A stretch of 64,000 nucleotides of DNA. Origin: Candidatus Methylomirabilota bacterium (GTDB lineage: Bacteria > Methylomirabilota > Methylomirabilia > Rokubacteriales > CSP1-6). The stretch spans positions 4,603 through 68,602 of the forward strand of contig DASTYT010000051.1 in NCBI GenBank assembly GCA_035764725.1, written 5' to 3'. The notes under the pieces are model-generated. The model was not told where the DNA came from and did no database searches. It was given only the letters and a program-made list of their open reading frames with translations. This document shows, piece by piece, positions 40,407 to 49,494 of this stretch. Numbering within the stretch: the first letter of the stretch is position 1; every line of letters starts with the position of its first letter. The translations under genes were made by a program, and so were the position numbers.

Positions 40407-41132
40407 GTGAACTATCGATTCGACTGGTCGGTGCTGTGGACGGGGCAGTCCGGCCAGTGGCTGCTCTCCGGGCTCATCACCACGCTCGAGCTGTCGCTCT
40501 GCGCGTGGGTGCTGGCGATGGTGCTCGGGATTGTCTCGGGGGCGATGCGCACTGTGCCGTATCGGGCGCTTCGGGGCATCGCGACGTTCTACGTGGAGTT
40601 CTTCCGGAACGTCCCGTTGCTGGTGTGGATGTTCTTCTGGTACTTCGCGGTGCCGCCGCTGCTCCCCGAGGTGGTGCGGGAGTGGCTGTTCGGGCACGGG
40701 CTCGAGTTCTGGGCGGCGGTGTGCGCGCTGGGCGTGTACAGCGGCGCGCGCTTCTCCGAGGTGCTGCGCTCGGGCATCCAGTCGATCCCGCGCACGCAGC
40801 TCGAGGCCTCGGTGGCCTCCGGGCTCACCGTGGTGCAGGCGTATCGTTACGTGATCCTCCCCATCGCGCTGCGGCTCATCATTCCTCCCGGCACGAACGA
40901 GTCCCTGAACCTCCTCAAGAACTCCTCGGTCGCGCTGACCATCAGCGTGGCCGAGCTGACCTTCCAGACCCGCCAGATCGAGACCTATACCGCGAAGGCC
41001 ATCGAGGCTCTCACCGCCGGCACCGTGATCTACCTCGTCCTCTGTCTCTCGCTCTCCGCCCTCATGGGCTGGGTCGAGCGGCGGACCGCGATTCCCGGGC
41101 TGATCGCGGGCGGGAGGCGGCGGCGCGCATGA
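40407..41132 (+). CDS. Polar amino-acid ABC transporter permease (HisQ/GlnP family)
   Basis: 241 aa, GTG start. BPD_transp_1 EAA-like loop. Confidence 0.85.
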   Translation: MNYRFDWSVLWTGQSGQWLLSGLITTLELSLCAWVLAMVLGIVSGAMRTVPYRALRGIATFYVEFFRNVPLLVWMFFWYFAVPPLLPEVVREWLFGHGLEFWAAVCALGVYSGARFSEVLRSGIQSIPRTQLEASVASGLTVVQAYRYVILPIALRLIIPPGTNESLNLLKNSSVALTISVAELTFQTRQIETYTAKAIEALTAGTVIYLVLCLSLSALMGWVERRTAIPGLIAGGRRRRA

Positions 41133-41809
41133 GCCTCGATCTCGGCGTCATCTGGCGGAACCTCGACTTCCTGCTCGTCCAGGGCTTCCTGGGCTTCGGC
41201 GCCTTCGTGGGCGGCACGGTACGGCTGGCCATTCCCTCCATCGTCCTGGGTTTCCTCCTCGGCGTCTTCGTCGGGCTGGCCCGCCTGTCGCCGCGCGCCT
41301 GGGTCCGCATCCCCGCCACGATCTACGTCGAGTTCTTCCGCGGCGTCCCCCTCGTCATGGTGATCTTCTGGATCTGGTTCATCCTCCCCATCCTGCTCAA
41401 GACCAAGATCCCCGAGTTCGGCGTGGCGCTGACCGCCTTCGTGATCTTCGAGGCGGCGTACCTCGGCGAGATCGTGCGCGCGGGCATCCAGTCGGTGGCG
41501 CGCGGGCAGGTGGAGGCGGCGACCGCGCTGGGCCTGCGCCCCGGCGGCACCATGCGCTTCGTGGTGCTGCCGCAGGCCCTCAAGAACATGATTCCCTCTC
41601 TGGTCACCCAGTTCATCGTGCTGTTCAAGGACACCTCGCTGGCGTCCATCATCGGCTTCATGGACCTGACCAAGGCCGCCCAGGTCGTGAACAATCGCGA
41701 GATCCGCCCCTTCGAGCTCTACCTCTTCATTGCCGTCGTCTACTGGATCTGCACCTACTCGATGTCTCGCTACGCCCGCGCGTTGGAGAAGAGGCTCGGC
41801 CCTGCCTGA
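41129..41809 (+). CDS. Polar amino-acid ABC transporter permease, second subunit (HisM-like)
   Basis: 226 aa. ATGA overlap with the first permease. Start by residue counting from the ORF end. Confidence 0.85.
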   Translation: MSLDLGVIWRNLDFLLVQGFLGFGAFVGGTVRLAIPSIVLGFLLGVFVGLARLSPRAWVRIPATIYVEFFRGVPLVMVIFWIWFILPILLKTKIPEFGVALTAFVIFEAAYLGEIVRAGIQSVARGQVEAATALGLRPGGTMRFVVLPQALKNMIPSLVTQFIVLFKDTSLASIIGFMDLTKAAQVVNNREIRPFELYLFIAVVYWICTYSMSRYARALEKRLGPA

Positions 41810-42626
41810 GACCGTCCTGCCCTCCGGCGTCCGGCTGCACTGGCGCGAGGCGGGCGATCCGAGCCGGCCGCCGCTCGTGTGGATCCACGGGGGCTCCGTC
41901 GAGGAGTCCTCGGTGATGCTGCCCGACGTGGAGCCCTTCCTCGGCCGGGTGCGGGCGCTCCTCCCGGACACACGCGGCCACGGCCGGTCCAGCAAGTTCG
42001 AGCGCCCGGAGGACTACACCTATGCCCGCAAGGCCGAGGATCTCGGCCCCTGGCTGGACGCGCTCGGCGTGGGGCCGGCGGTGTGGGGCGGCGCCTCGAT
42101 GGGGGCGGCGCTGTCGCTCTGGATGGCCGTTCACGAGCCGGCGCGCGTCCGCGGCGTGATCTCGATCAGCGGCCCCCCCTACGAGCCCCCGCCCGAGGAC
42201 AAGGCCTGGTGGGCGGCCCACCGGCCCCTGGTCGCGGCGGGACGCTTCGACGAGTACTTCGACGCCAACCTGCGCCTGCGCATGGGCGAGGCGGCCCTCG
42301 CGCGGCTCAAGGCACGGCCCGCCCGCTACGCCGAGCTCACCGGCGTGCTCCGGCAGCACTCGGTGGCGTCGCTGCTCGCGCTCCTCGACGAGACCTACTC
42401 GCGCGGCGAGTGGCTGGCCGACTGCGCGCGGATCCGATGCCCCGTCCAGATCATCGCGGGCGCGGACGACCGCTTTCCCACCGTGGCGATGTCGGAACGG
42501 CTCGCTGACACCATCCCCGGCGCTCGTCTGCACGCGGTCGCGGGCGGGCCGCACTTTCCCAATCGCACCCATCGCGCCGAGGTACAAGGCGTGATGGACG
42601 CCTTCTTCCGCTCCCTCGGCATCTAG
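41730..42626 (+). CDS. Alpha/beta-fold hydrolase (start uncertain)
   Basis: Alpha/beta-hydrolase core LVWIHGG...GASMGAALSLW (GxSxG nucleophile) ...IAGADD. The only upstream in-frame ATG (41730) overlaps the permease gene by 80 nt. The next in-frame start (GTG ~41877) would truncate strand 1. Confidence 0.55.
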   Translation: MPSSTGSAPTRCLATPARWRRGSALPETVLPSGVRLHWREAGDPSRPPLVWIHGGSVEESSVMLPDVEPFLGRVRALLPDTRGHGRSSKFERPEDYTYARKAEDLGPWLDALGVGPAVWGGASMGAALSLWMAVHEPARVRGVISISGPPYEPPPEDKAWWAAHRPLVAAGRFDEYFDANLRLRMGEAALARLKARPARYAELTGVLRQHSVASLLALLDETYSRGEWLADCARIRCPVQIIAGADDRFPTVAMSERLADTIPGARLHAVAGGPHFPNRTHRAEVQGVMDAFFRSLGI

Positions 42627-42712
42627 GGCGCCGCCGCGGCGTCCCCCTGTTCTTGCGACCCCCAGACCCGCGTGCTACGCTCACGCGCCATGTGGACCCG
42701 CGAGGGCGCACG

Positions 42713-43045
42713 ATGAGCCGGCTGGCGCGCTGGCAGACCTGGGTGATCGTGGCCGCTGCGCTCGCGGTGCTCCTCGCGGTGGAGGACCTGTTCTTGTTCG
42801 AGCGCAATCGTACGCTCCAGGTGCAGGTCGCCAATCGTCAGGCCTTCCTGCAGCGCGCGAGTCAGCTCGAGGTCCTGCACCGCGAGCTCGTGAACGCCAT
42901 TGCCACGCTGGCCGCGCGCAACAACGACGCCGCCCTTCGCGCGGTCCTCGAGCAGGCGCCCGCGCCGAGCGCGCCGTCCCCAGGGCCGTCCGCGCCGTCG
43001 CCCGCGCCGTCCGTCCCCGCGCCCGCCGCGGGCAGCGGGCGCTGA
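42713..43045 (+). CDS. Hypothetical single-pass membrane protein with coiled-coil region and Ala/Pro/Ser-rich C-terminal repeats
   Basis: 110 aa from MSRLARWQTWVIVAAALAVLLAV. High GC3. C-terminus APAPSAPSPGPSAPSPAPSVPAPAAG. Confidence 0.5.
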   Translation: MSRLARWQTWVIVAAALAVLLAVEDLFLFERNRTLQVQVANRQAFLQRASQLEVLHRELVNAIATLAARNNDAALRAVLEQAPAPSAPSPGPSAPSPAPSVPAPAAGSGR

Positions 43046-43054
43046 GCGCCACCC

Positions 43055-43432
43055 ATGACCTCCGACGAGCTGCTCCTCGAGACCGAGCCTCCCGCGCCGC
43101 GGCCGGCGGCGCCTCCGAGCCCCTGGGCCGCGGTGGTGCTCCTCGTGCTCGCCATGCTGATCTGGTTCGGCTACCAGGCCTGGAATCTCCAGCGCGAGTA
43201 CCAGAACCTCCAGGGGATCCATGCCGGCCAGGAAGGGCCTCTCGAGCAGGCGCGGCGCCGCCAGGCGCAGCTCGAGACCACCGCGCGCCGGGTCTACGCG
43301 CTGTCCCAGCAGGGAAACCCGAGCGCCACCCTGATCGTCCAGGAGCTCGCTCGGCGCGGCGTCAACTTCGCCCCCGGCACACCGCCGACCGCCCCGTCGA
43401 CGCCCGACGCGCCCGCCACCCCGATGAAATAG
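43055..43432 (+). CDS. Hypothetical single-pass membrane protein (Pro-rich N-terminus, TM helix, Gln/Arg-rich helix)
   Basis: 125 aa. 9-nt gap after the previous small gene. TM segment WAAVVLLVLAMLIWFGY. Convergent with the minus-strand coxL-like gene. Confidence 0.5.
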   Translation: MTSDELLLETEPPAPRPAAPPSPWAAVVLLVLAMLIWFGYQAWNLQREYQNLQGIHAGQEGPLEQARRRQAQLETTARRVYALSQQGNPSATLIVQELARRGVNFAPGTPPTAPSTPDAPATPMK

Positions 43433-43442
43433 CGGCGAACGC

Positions 43443-45701
43443 TCAGCTCCCTCGCGTCGCCGCCTCGATCGCGGCGCGCACCCGCGCAGGTGTCACCGGC
43501 AGGGCGGTGAGGCTCACGCCGAGGCCGCGGAGGGCGTCGCACACCGCATTCGCGATGGCCGCGCCGAGCCCGGGATTGCCGCATTCCCCCACGCCGCGGA
43601 GGCCGAGCGGATTCGTGTGCGCGGGGATCTCCTGGTAGAAGGCGTCGATGAGGGGCACGTCGGTCGTGAGCGGCAGCGCGTAGTCGAGCAGGGTGCCGGT
43701 GAGGAGCTGGCCGTCGGCATCGTACTCGAGGCTCTCCAGCATGGCGTTGCCGAGGCCGAACGCCGCGCCCCCCGCGAGCTGGGCCTCGATCAGCGCGGGA
43801 TTCACCGCACGGCCGACGTCGGCGCCCACCACGATCCTGCGCAGCGTGATCTGCCCGGTCTCGGCGTCCACCTCCACGATCACGGCCACGCCGCAGCCGG
43901 CATAGGTGAGCTTGGGCACGGTGAACGAGGCGCCGGCGGCGAGGGGTCCGGCGGCCGCCAGCTCGTCGAGGCCCACGCGCCGGCCGCGCGCGGAGCAGGC
44001 GCCGGCGGCGTAGACGACCTCCTCCGCGGGCACGCGCAGGACGACGGCGGCGCGCGTGCGAGCCTCTTCCAGCAGCTTGCCCGCCGCCATGTGCGCCGCG
44101 TTACCGGCGGTGACAGTGGCGCGCGAGCCATAGGTGCCCACACCGCTCTCCACGGCGGCGGTATCGGGATGGCGAACCACGAAGCGGTCCGCGGGCAGGC
44201 CGAGGGCCGAACCCAGGATCTGCGCGAGCGCGGTCTCGAGGCCGGGCCCCATGGACGAGGCGCCGGTGTCCACCGTGAATCGCCCGTCCGGCCGGGCTTC
44301 CACGCGCGCGGTCTCGAAGGGGCCGAGCCCCGTCTTTTCCACGTACATGGCGAGCCCGATGCCGAGCTGTTTCGGTGCCGCCGCCTGGACGGCGCGCGCG
44401 CCCGCGTAGTCGAGCCGATCGAGCAGCCGCTCGAAGAGGGCGGGGAAGTCGCCGGAGTCGTAGACCGTCTTCACTCCGAACGAGACGGTGCCGCAGTCCC
44501 ACGGCATCTCGTCCGATCGAACGAGGTTTCTTCGCCGGATGTCGGCGGGATCGAGGCCGAGCCGGGCCGCCGCAGCATCGAGGAGCCGCTCGCGCGCGAA
44601 GTTGCACTCCGGGCGGCCGGGCGAGCGGAGCGTGCCCACCGGCGTCTTGTTGGTCACCACACTCCAGAGATCGCAGGCGTAGTCGGGCATGCGGTAGGGG
44701 CCGGGCAGGAGGGCCGCGCCAAATTCGGCCGGCACCAGCGCGGCGGTGCGCACGTAGGCGCCGATGTCGGCGCGGATCACGACCCGCACGCCCTGGATGC
44801 GCCCGTCCCGGTCGAAACCCATCTCGAGCTCGTAGACGACCTCGCGAGCGTGATTGGCCGCCATCAGGTTCTCGCGCCGCTCTTCGATCCAGCGCACCGG
44901 CCGGCCGACGCGCAGGGCCGCGAGCGGGATCAGGATGTCCTCGGGGTAGAGCTCGCCGCGCACACCGAAGCCCCCGCCCACATCCACCTCGGTGAGGCGG
45001 AGGGCGCCCGGCGGCAGTCCGAAGATCGGGGCGAGGATGCCGCGATTGATGTGGATGCACTTGGTCGACCCGAGGAGATGCAGCTCGCCGCCGCTCGCCG
45101 CGGGCGGTACCGCCACCAGCCCGCGCGTCTCCAGCGCGGCCGCCGTCTGGCGGGGATGCGTGAAGCGCTCGCGGAGCACGAGGTGGGCGCGGGCGAGGGC
45201 GCTGTCGGTGTCGCCCACCCGCATCCGGATGAGGGCGACGTTGTTCGAGTCGGTGCCGGCGAAGAGCCGCGGCGCCCCGGGCGCGAGGGCGACGTCCACC
45301 GACGCCGCCACGGGCAGGGGCGCGTACTCGACGCCGATCACCTCCAGCGCATCCTCGGCGAGATAGCGGGTGTCGGCCAGCACCACCGCCACCGGCTCGC
45401 CGACGTAGCGGACCACCTCGCGCGCGATCGCCGGCTGCAGATAGCGCGTGGCGCCGTCGGGCACCGGCACGCGGTTGGGGATGACGGCGGCGGCGGGCAC
45501 GTCGGCGGCGGTGAGCACGACGCGGACGCCGGGCAGGGCCAGCGCCCGCCGCGCGTCGACGCTCACGAGCCGTGCATGCGCGTGGCGCGAGCGGAGCACC
45601 GCGGCCTCGAGCGCGCCCTCGGGGCGCACGTCCGCCACGAAGCGGCCGCGGCCGGTGAGGAGTGGCTCCGCGCCGAGCCGGGTGAGGGACGCGCCGATCA
45701 T
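43443..45701 (-). CDS. Xanthine dehydrogenase/CoxL-family molybdopterin-binding large subunit, orphan (no adjacent FAD or 2Fe-2S subunit genes)
   Basis: 752 aa. N-terminal Ald_Xan_dh_C domain (LTGRGRFVADV..., HAHARLVSVD) and MoCo-binding domains. Active-site loop GTLRSPGRPE instead of form I VAYRCSFR or form II AYRGAGR. Confidence 0.8.
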   Translation of the reverse strand: MIGASLTRLGAEPLLTGRGRFVADVRPEGALEAAVLRSRHAHARLVSVDARRALALPGVRVVLTAADVPAAAVIPNRVPVPDGATRYLQPAIAREVVRYVGEPVAVVLADTRYLAEDALEVIGVEYAPLPVAASVDVALAPGAPRLFAGTDSNNVALIRMRVGDTDSALARAHLVLRERFTHPRQTAAALETRGLVAVPPAASGGELHLLGSTKCIHINRGILAPIFGLPPGALRLTEVDVGGGFGVRGELYPEDILIPLAALRVGRPVRWIEERRENLMAANHAREVVYELEMGFDRDGRIQGVRVVIRADIGAYVRTAALVPAEFGAALLPGPYRMPDYACDLWSVVTNKTPVGTLRSPGRPECNFARERLLDAAAARLGLDPADIRRRNLVRSDEMPWDCGTVSFGVKTVYDSGDFPALFERLLDRLDYAGARAVQAAAPKQLGIGLAMYVEKTGLGPFETARVEARPDGRFTVDTGASSMGPGLETALAQILGSALGLPADRFVVRHPDTAAVESGVGTYGSRATVTAGNAAHMAAGKLLEEARTRAAVVLRVPAEEVVYAAGACSARGRRVGLDELAAAGPLAAGASFTVPKLTYAGCGVAVIVEVDAETGQITLRRIVVGADVGRAVNPALIEAQLAGGAAFGLGNAMLESLEYDADGQLLTGTLLDYALPLTTDVPLIDAFYQEIPAHTNPLGLRGVGECGNPGLGAAIANAVCDALRGLGVSLTALPVTPARVRAAIEAATRGS

Positions 45702-45859
45702 ACGCGGGCGGCCGGAGCGGGGAGGGAGCGGCGCGTCACCGGCGGATCATAGCCCGCGTTCGCCGGCACGATCAACCCCGCGAGCCTTGACAGGTCACGG
45801 GCCGTTTGTTACTTGTGTTTCGCCTACATGCCGAGCCTCTCGCCCCGGAGGACCAGCGG

Positions 45860-46273
45860 ATGACCCTCTTCAAGGCTTTCAATCACGTCTCCATTACCGT
45901 GACCGATCTCGCGAAGGCCAAGGAGTTCTACGGCGGGCTGCTCGGATTCAAGGAGATTCCGCGGCCGGCGTTCAACTTTCCCGGGGTCTGGTACGGCATC
46001 GGAGGGGATCTCTCGCTTCACATCATCGTCAACGAGGCGCTCGTGCGGCCGCCGGTCGAGCGCGCCTCGTTCGAGGGCCGATATCCGCACTTCGCCCTGT
46101 GGACGGACGACTGCGACGCGACGGCCGAGCAGCTCACCGCCACCGGCATCCACGTCCATGACCTCGTGTCCACGCCCACCGGGCTCCGCCAGCTCTTCGT
46201 GAAAGATCCCGACGGCAACATGCTGGAGTTCATCGGTCCCACCAAGGCGTCGCGCGTACGCCGCATGGAGTAG
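45860..46273 (+). CDS. VOC (glyoxalase/bleomycin-resistance/extradiol-dioxygenase) family protein
   Basis: 137 aa from MTLFKAFNHVSITVTDLAKAKEFY. GGAGG RBS 7 nt upstream. A TTGACA -35-like hexamer lies ~70 nt upstream. Confidence 0.7.
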   Translation: MTLFKAFNHVSITVTDLAKAKEFYGGLLGFKEIPRPAFNFPGVWYGIGGDLSLHIIVNEALVRPPVERASFEGRYPHFALWTDDCDATAEQLTATGIHVHDLVSTPTGLRQLFVKDPDGNMLEFIGPTKASRVRRME

Positions 46274-46308
46274 CGGTTCCCACACCCGCGACACAAAAGG
46301 AGACGACG

Positions 46309-47544
46309 ATGAAGTCGATGACCCGCCGCAGCTTCCTGGCCGCCAGCGGTGCCGCCGCCGGCATGGCGGCGACCCAGGGATTCTTCCCCGCCGTACTCCG
46401 CGCGCAGAGCGATCCCATCCGGATCGGTTGCCCCCTCCCGCTCACCGGCCCCTTCGCCGCGCTCGCCGCCGACATGCAGCGCGGCGCTCAGCTCGCCCAG
46501 GATGAGATCAATGCCAAGGGCGGCGTGATGGGCCGCAAGGTCGAGGTGCTGTTCCGCGACGACCAGCTCAAGCCCGCGGTAGGCGCCCAGCGCACGAAGG
46601 AGCTGATCGAGAACGAGAAGGTGCAGTTCGTGGTGGGCGGCCTCGCCGCGCACGTGCAGATGGCCATCAACGAGCAGACCAAGAAGTCCAAGGTGCTGTT
46701 CATCTCCACCAGCCAGTCCGACGAGATCAGCGCCAAGCCGGACACCAGCAACATCACCTTCCACGAGGCGCTCAATCCCACGATTACCTCGCGGGTGATG
46801 GGCAAGTGGACGTGCGACAACCTCGGCAAGAAGTGGTGGATCATCTACGCCGACTACGCCTGGGGCAAGCAGAACAACCAGGTGCTCACCGACACGCTCA
46901 AGGCCAACGGCGGCACCCTGCTCGGCTCCACGCCGTACCCGCTGGGGAGCGCGGAGTTCTCCGCGCATCTCCCGAAGATCCAGGCGGCCAAGCCCGACGT
47001 GCTCATGTCGGTGACCCCGGGTGCGGACAACATCGCGTTCCTCAAGCAAGCGCGGAGCTTCGGGATGGACAAGCAGATGAAGCTCGCCCAGCCGCTGCTG
47101 TGGATTTCCTATCTCAAGGAGGGTGGCCCCGAGCTCTACCAGGACGTGCACGGCGCGCTCAACTGGTATTGGGAGCTGCAGGAGACGATCCCGACGGCCA
47201 GGAAGTTCGTCGAGGCGTCCATGAAGAAGTTCAACATGCCGCCCGGCGACTACGGCGCGTACTCGTACTCCGGCGTCCTGGAAGTCGCGCGCGGGGTGGA
47301 GCTGGCCAAGTCCACGGACTCCTTCGCGGTGGCCGACGCCCTGCGGAAGAGTCCCACCTACGACCACTTCAAGGGCAAGCAGTGGTGGCGGGCGTGCGAC
47401 AACAAGTCCTTCCAGGACATGTGGATCGTGAAGGGGCGCGGCCCCGGTAAGACCAAGGGCGAGTGGGGCCTCGCCGACATCGTGGCTCGCGTGCCGGCCG
47501 ACGAGAAGTACGATCGCACCTGCGCCGAGAAGGGGTTCGCATGA
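46309..47544 (+). CDS. Branched-chain amino-acid ABC transporter substrate-binding protein (LivK/LivJ-like, PBP1), Tat/Sec signal
   Basis: 411 aa. Signal MKSMTRRSFLAASGAAAGMAATQGF. Leu/Ile/Val-binding-protein fold. AAAGGAGA RBS. Confidence 0.8.
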   Translation: MKSMTRRSFLAASGAAAGMAATQGFFPAVLRAQSDPIRIGCPLPLTGPFAALAADMQRGAQLAQDEINAKGGVMGRKVEVLFRDDQLKPAVGAQRTKELIENEKVQFVVGGLAAHVQMAINEQTKKSKVLFISTSQSDEISAKPDTSNITFHEALNPTITSRVMGKWTCDNLGKKWWIIYADYAWGKQNNQVLTDTLKANGGTLLGSTPYPLGSAEFSAHLPKIQAAKPDVLMSVTPGADNIAFLKQARSFGMDKQMKLAQPLLWISYLKEGGPELYQDVHGALNWYWELQETIPTARKFVEASMKKFNMPPGDYGAYSYSGVLEVARGVELAKSTDSFAVADALRKSPTYDHFKGKQWWRACDNKSFQDMWIVKGRGPGKTKGEWGLADIVARVPADEKYDRTCAEKGFA

Positions 47545-47654
47545 AGTGGATTGGCGAGGCGCAGCCGAAGGCGAGCCGAGCGGATATGGTAGTGGGTGCC
47601 GAGCGGAGCGAGGGCGGCGAGGCGCAGCCGAAGGCGAGCCGAGCGGATACGTAG
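47541..47654 (+). CDS. Small ORF (37 codons) between livK and livH carrying an internal exact 34-bp tandem duplication (peptide repeat GEAQPKASRAD x2)
   Basis: ATG overlaps the livK stop (ATGA). The TAG lies 3 nt before the livH ATG. ~80% GC3. Coding status uncertain. Confidence 0.3.
   Translation: MKWIGEAQPKASRADMVVGAERSEGGEAQPKASRADT
47553..47649. repeat. Two exact copies of the 34-bp direct repeat GGCGAGGCGCAGCCGAAGGCGAGCCGAGCGGATA, period 63 bp (29-bp spacer)
   Basis: Seen directly in the livK-livH intergenic region (copies at 47553-47586 and 47616-47649). Only two copies. Confidence 0.8.
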
Positions 47655-47656
47655 AC

Positions 47657-48532
47657 ATGGATTTGGCCGCCATCCTGCCCCAGGTGTTCACCGGGCTCGT
47701 GCTGGGGATGATCTTCGTGCTGCTCGCGATCGGGCTCTCCCTGATCTTCGGGCTCATGACGGTGGTGAACTTCGCCCACGGCTCGCTCTACATGCTGGGC
47801 GCGTACTTCACGGTGTTCCTGCTCGCGTACACCCGGAGCTTCTGGGTGGCGCTGGTGGTGGCGCCGATCCTGGTGGGGGTTCTCGGGTTCGCGATCGAGC
47901 GGCTGCTCATCCGGCGGCTCTACGGTCGCGGGCCCGACGACCCCCTGCTGCTCACCTTCGGGCTCTCGCTGGTGCTCATCGAGACGGCCAAGCTCATCTG
48001 GGGGAAGATCGGGCTCACCCTCGATCCGCCGCGCGCGCTGGCCGGCGCGGTCGACCTCGGCTTCATGGCATTTCCCGTCTATCGCCTCTTCGTCATCGCG
48101 GTCACCATCGTCGTGCTCATCGGTCTCTGGGCGTTCGTGAACCGCACCAACGTGGGCCTGATCATCCGTGCCGGCTCGCGCGATCCGCTGATGGTGCGGG
48201 CCCTGGGCGTGGATCTCAATCGGATCTGGCTGCTCGTGTTCGGCGTCGGCTGCGGCCTGGCCGGACTCGCGGGCGCCCTTGCCGGCCCCATGCGGGGCGC
48301 CTACGCCGACATGGGCGTGACGATGATCATCGAGTCGTTCGTGGTGGTGGTGGTGGGCGGCATGGGCAGCCTGCTGGGCGCGGTGGTGGCGGGCATCATG
48401 ATGGGGCAGGTGGTGGGCATCACGACCCTCTTCGCCCCCAAGCTCGCCGAGATCATGGTCTTCGTCGTGATGGCGGTGGTCCTGCTGATCCGGCCCAGCG
48501 GCATCTTCGGCGAGGCCGGACTCGCGGAGTAG
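47657..48532 (+). CDS. livH: Branched-chain amino-acid ABC transporter permease LivH
   Basis: 291 aa from MDLAAILPQVFTGLVLGMIFVLLAIGLSLIFG (conserved LivH N-terminus). Confidence 0.85.
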   Translation: MDLAAILPQVFTGLVLGMIFVLLAIGLSLIFGLMTVVNFAHGSLYMLGAYFTVFLLAYTRSFWVALVVAPILVGVLGFAIERLLIRRLYGRGPDDPLLLTFGLSLVLIETAKLIWGKIGLTLDPPRALAGAVDLGFMAFPVYRLFVIAVTIVVLIGLWAFVNRTNVGLIIRAGSRDPLMVRALGVDLNRIWLLVFGVGCGLAGLAGALAGPMRGAYADMGVTMIIESFVVVVVGGMGSLLGAVVAGIMMGQVVGITTLFAPKLAEIMVFVVMAVVLLIRPSGIFGEAGLAE

Positions 48533-48536
48533 GCCG

Positions 48537-49493
48537 GTGCGGACTGTCACGAGATGGGTGGCGCGCCACCCGGTCTTCGCCTTCGCCCTCGTCTTCGCGG
48601 TCTTTCCGTTCGTCGTCCCCTACAAGGCCCTCGCGGCGCAGGTGCTGATCTTCGGGCTCCTCGCCATGGGCTTCAACCTGCTCTACGGCTACACCGGGCT
48701 CCTGTCCTTCGGCCACGCCGCGTACTACGGGCTCGGCGCGTATGGCACCGGGCTCGTCCTCGCCAAGACGAAGCTCGGCTCGCTGTGGCTGGGCGTGCTC
48801 GCGGGCCCACTGCTCGCGATGGTCGGGGGCGCCCTGATCGGCTTCTTCTGCCTGCGCCGGCGCGGCATCTACTTCGCCATGCTCACACTGGCCTTCGCGC
48901 AGCTGCTCTACTTCGTAGCCTTCCACCTCGCCGATCTCACCGGCGGCGATGACGGGCTGCGCGGCATCCCTCAGCTGCCGCTCCGGCTCCTCGGGTGGAC
49001 GATTCCATTGGAATCGACCCTTGCCTTCTATTACTTCGCCTACGTGCTGGTAGTGCTGGCGGTGGCCGCGCTCAAGCGCATCCTCGACTCGCCCTTCGGC
49101 ACCGTGCTCCAGGCCATTCGCGAGAATCCCGATCGCGCCGCCGCCTGCGGCTACGACGTGAACCGCATCAAGCATCTCTCGTTCGTGTTCTCGGCGACCT
49201 TCGCGGGGCTCGCGGGCGGGCTTGACGCGCTCCGCCTCGCGGTGGTGCCGGTCGAGTCGCTGTACTGGACCACCTCGGGCCAGGTGGTCATCATGACGCT
49301 CTTGGGCGGGGCGGGGACGTTCTTCGGGCCCTTCGTGGGCGCGGGCACTTACCTCGTGCTGGAAGACCGCCTGAGCGTCTTCACCGAGTCGTGGCCCCTC
49401 GTCATCGGCCTCATCTTCATGGCGTTCGTCCTGTTCCTGCCCAAGGGCATCTGGGGCACGCTGGTCGGACGCCTTCCCATTGGGAGGATCTGA
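48537..49493 (+). CDS. livM: Branched-chain amino-acid ABC transporter permease LivM
   Basis: 318 aa. LivM-type motifs (GYTGLLSFGHAAYYGLGAY). No ATPase genes follow. Confidence 0.85.
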   Translation: MRTVTRWVARHPVFAFALVFAVFPFVVPYKALAAQVLIFGLLAMGFNLLYGYTGLLSFGHAAYYGLGAYGTGLVLAKTKLGSLWLGVLAGPLLAMVGGALIGFFCLRRRGIYFAMLTLAFAQLLYFVAFHLADLTGGDDGLRGIPQLPLRLLGWTIPLESTLAFYYFAYVLVVLAVAALKRILDSPFGTVLQAIRENPDRAAACGYDVNRIKHLSFVFSATFAGLAGGLDALRLAVVPVESLYWTTSGQVVIMTLLGGAGTFFGPFVGAGTYLVLEDRLSVFTESWPLVIGLIFMAFVLFLPKGIWGTLVGRLPIGRI

Positions 49494-49494
49494 C

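Noticed and set aside
41730-41809. 80-nt overlap between the second amino-acid permease and the alpha/beta-hydrolase ORF as evidence of a frameshifted pseudogene.
   Set aside because: Both frames are intact with high GC3. The overlap probably reflects an unresolved, possibly non-canonical start codon for the hydrolase. It is kept as a CDS with an uncertain start.
47553-47649. CRISPR-like appearance of 34-bp direct repeats with a 29-bp spacer.
   Set aside because: Only two repeat copies, no cas genes, and the repeat is not palindromic. It sits inside a coupled mini-ORF between livK and livH.
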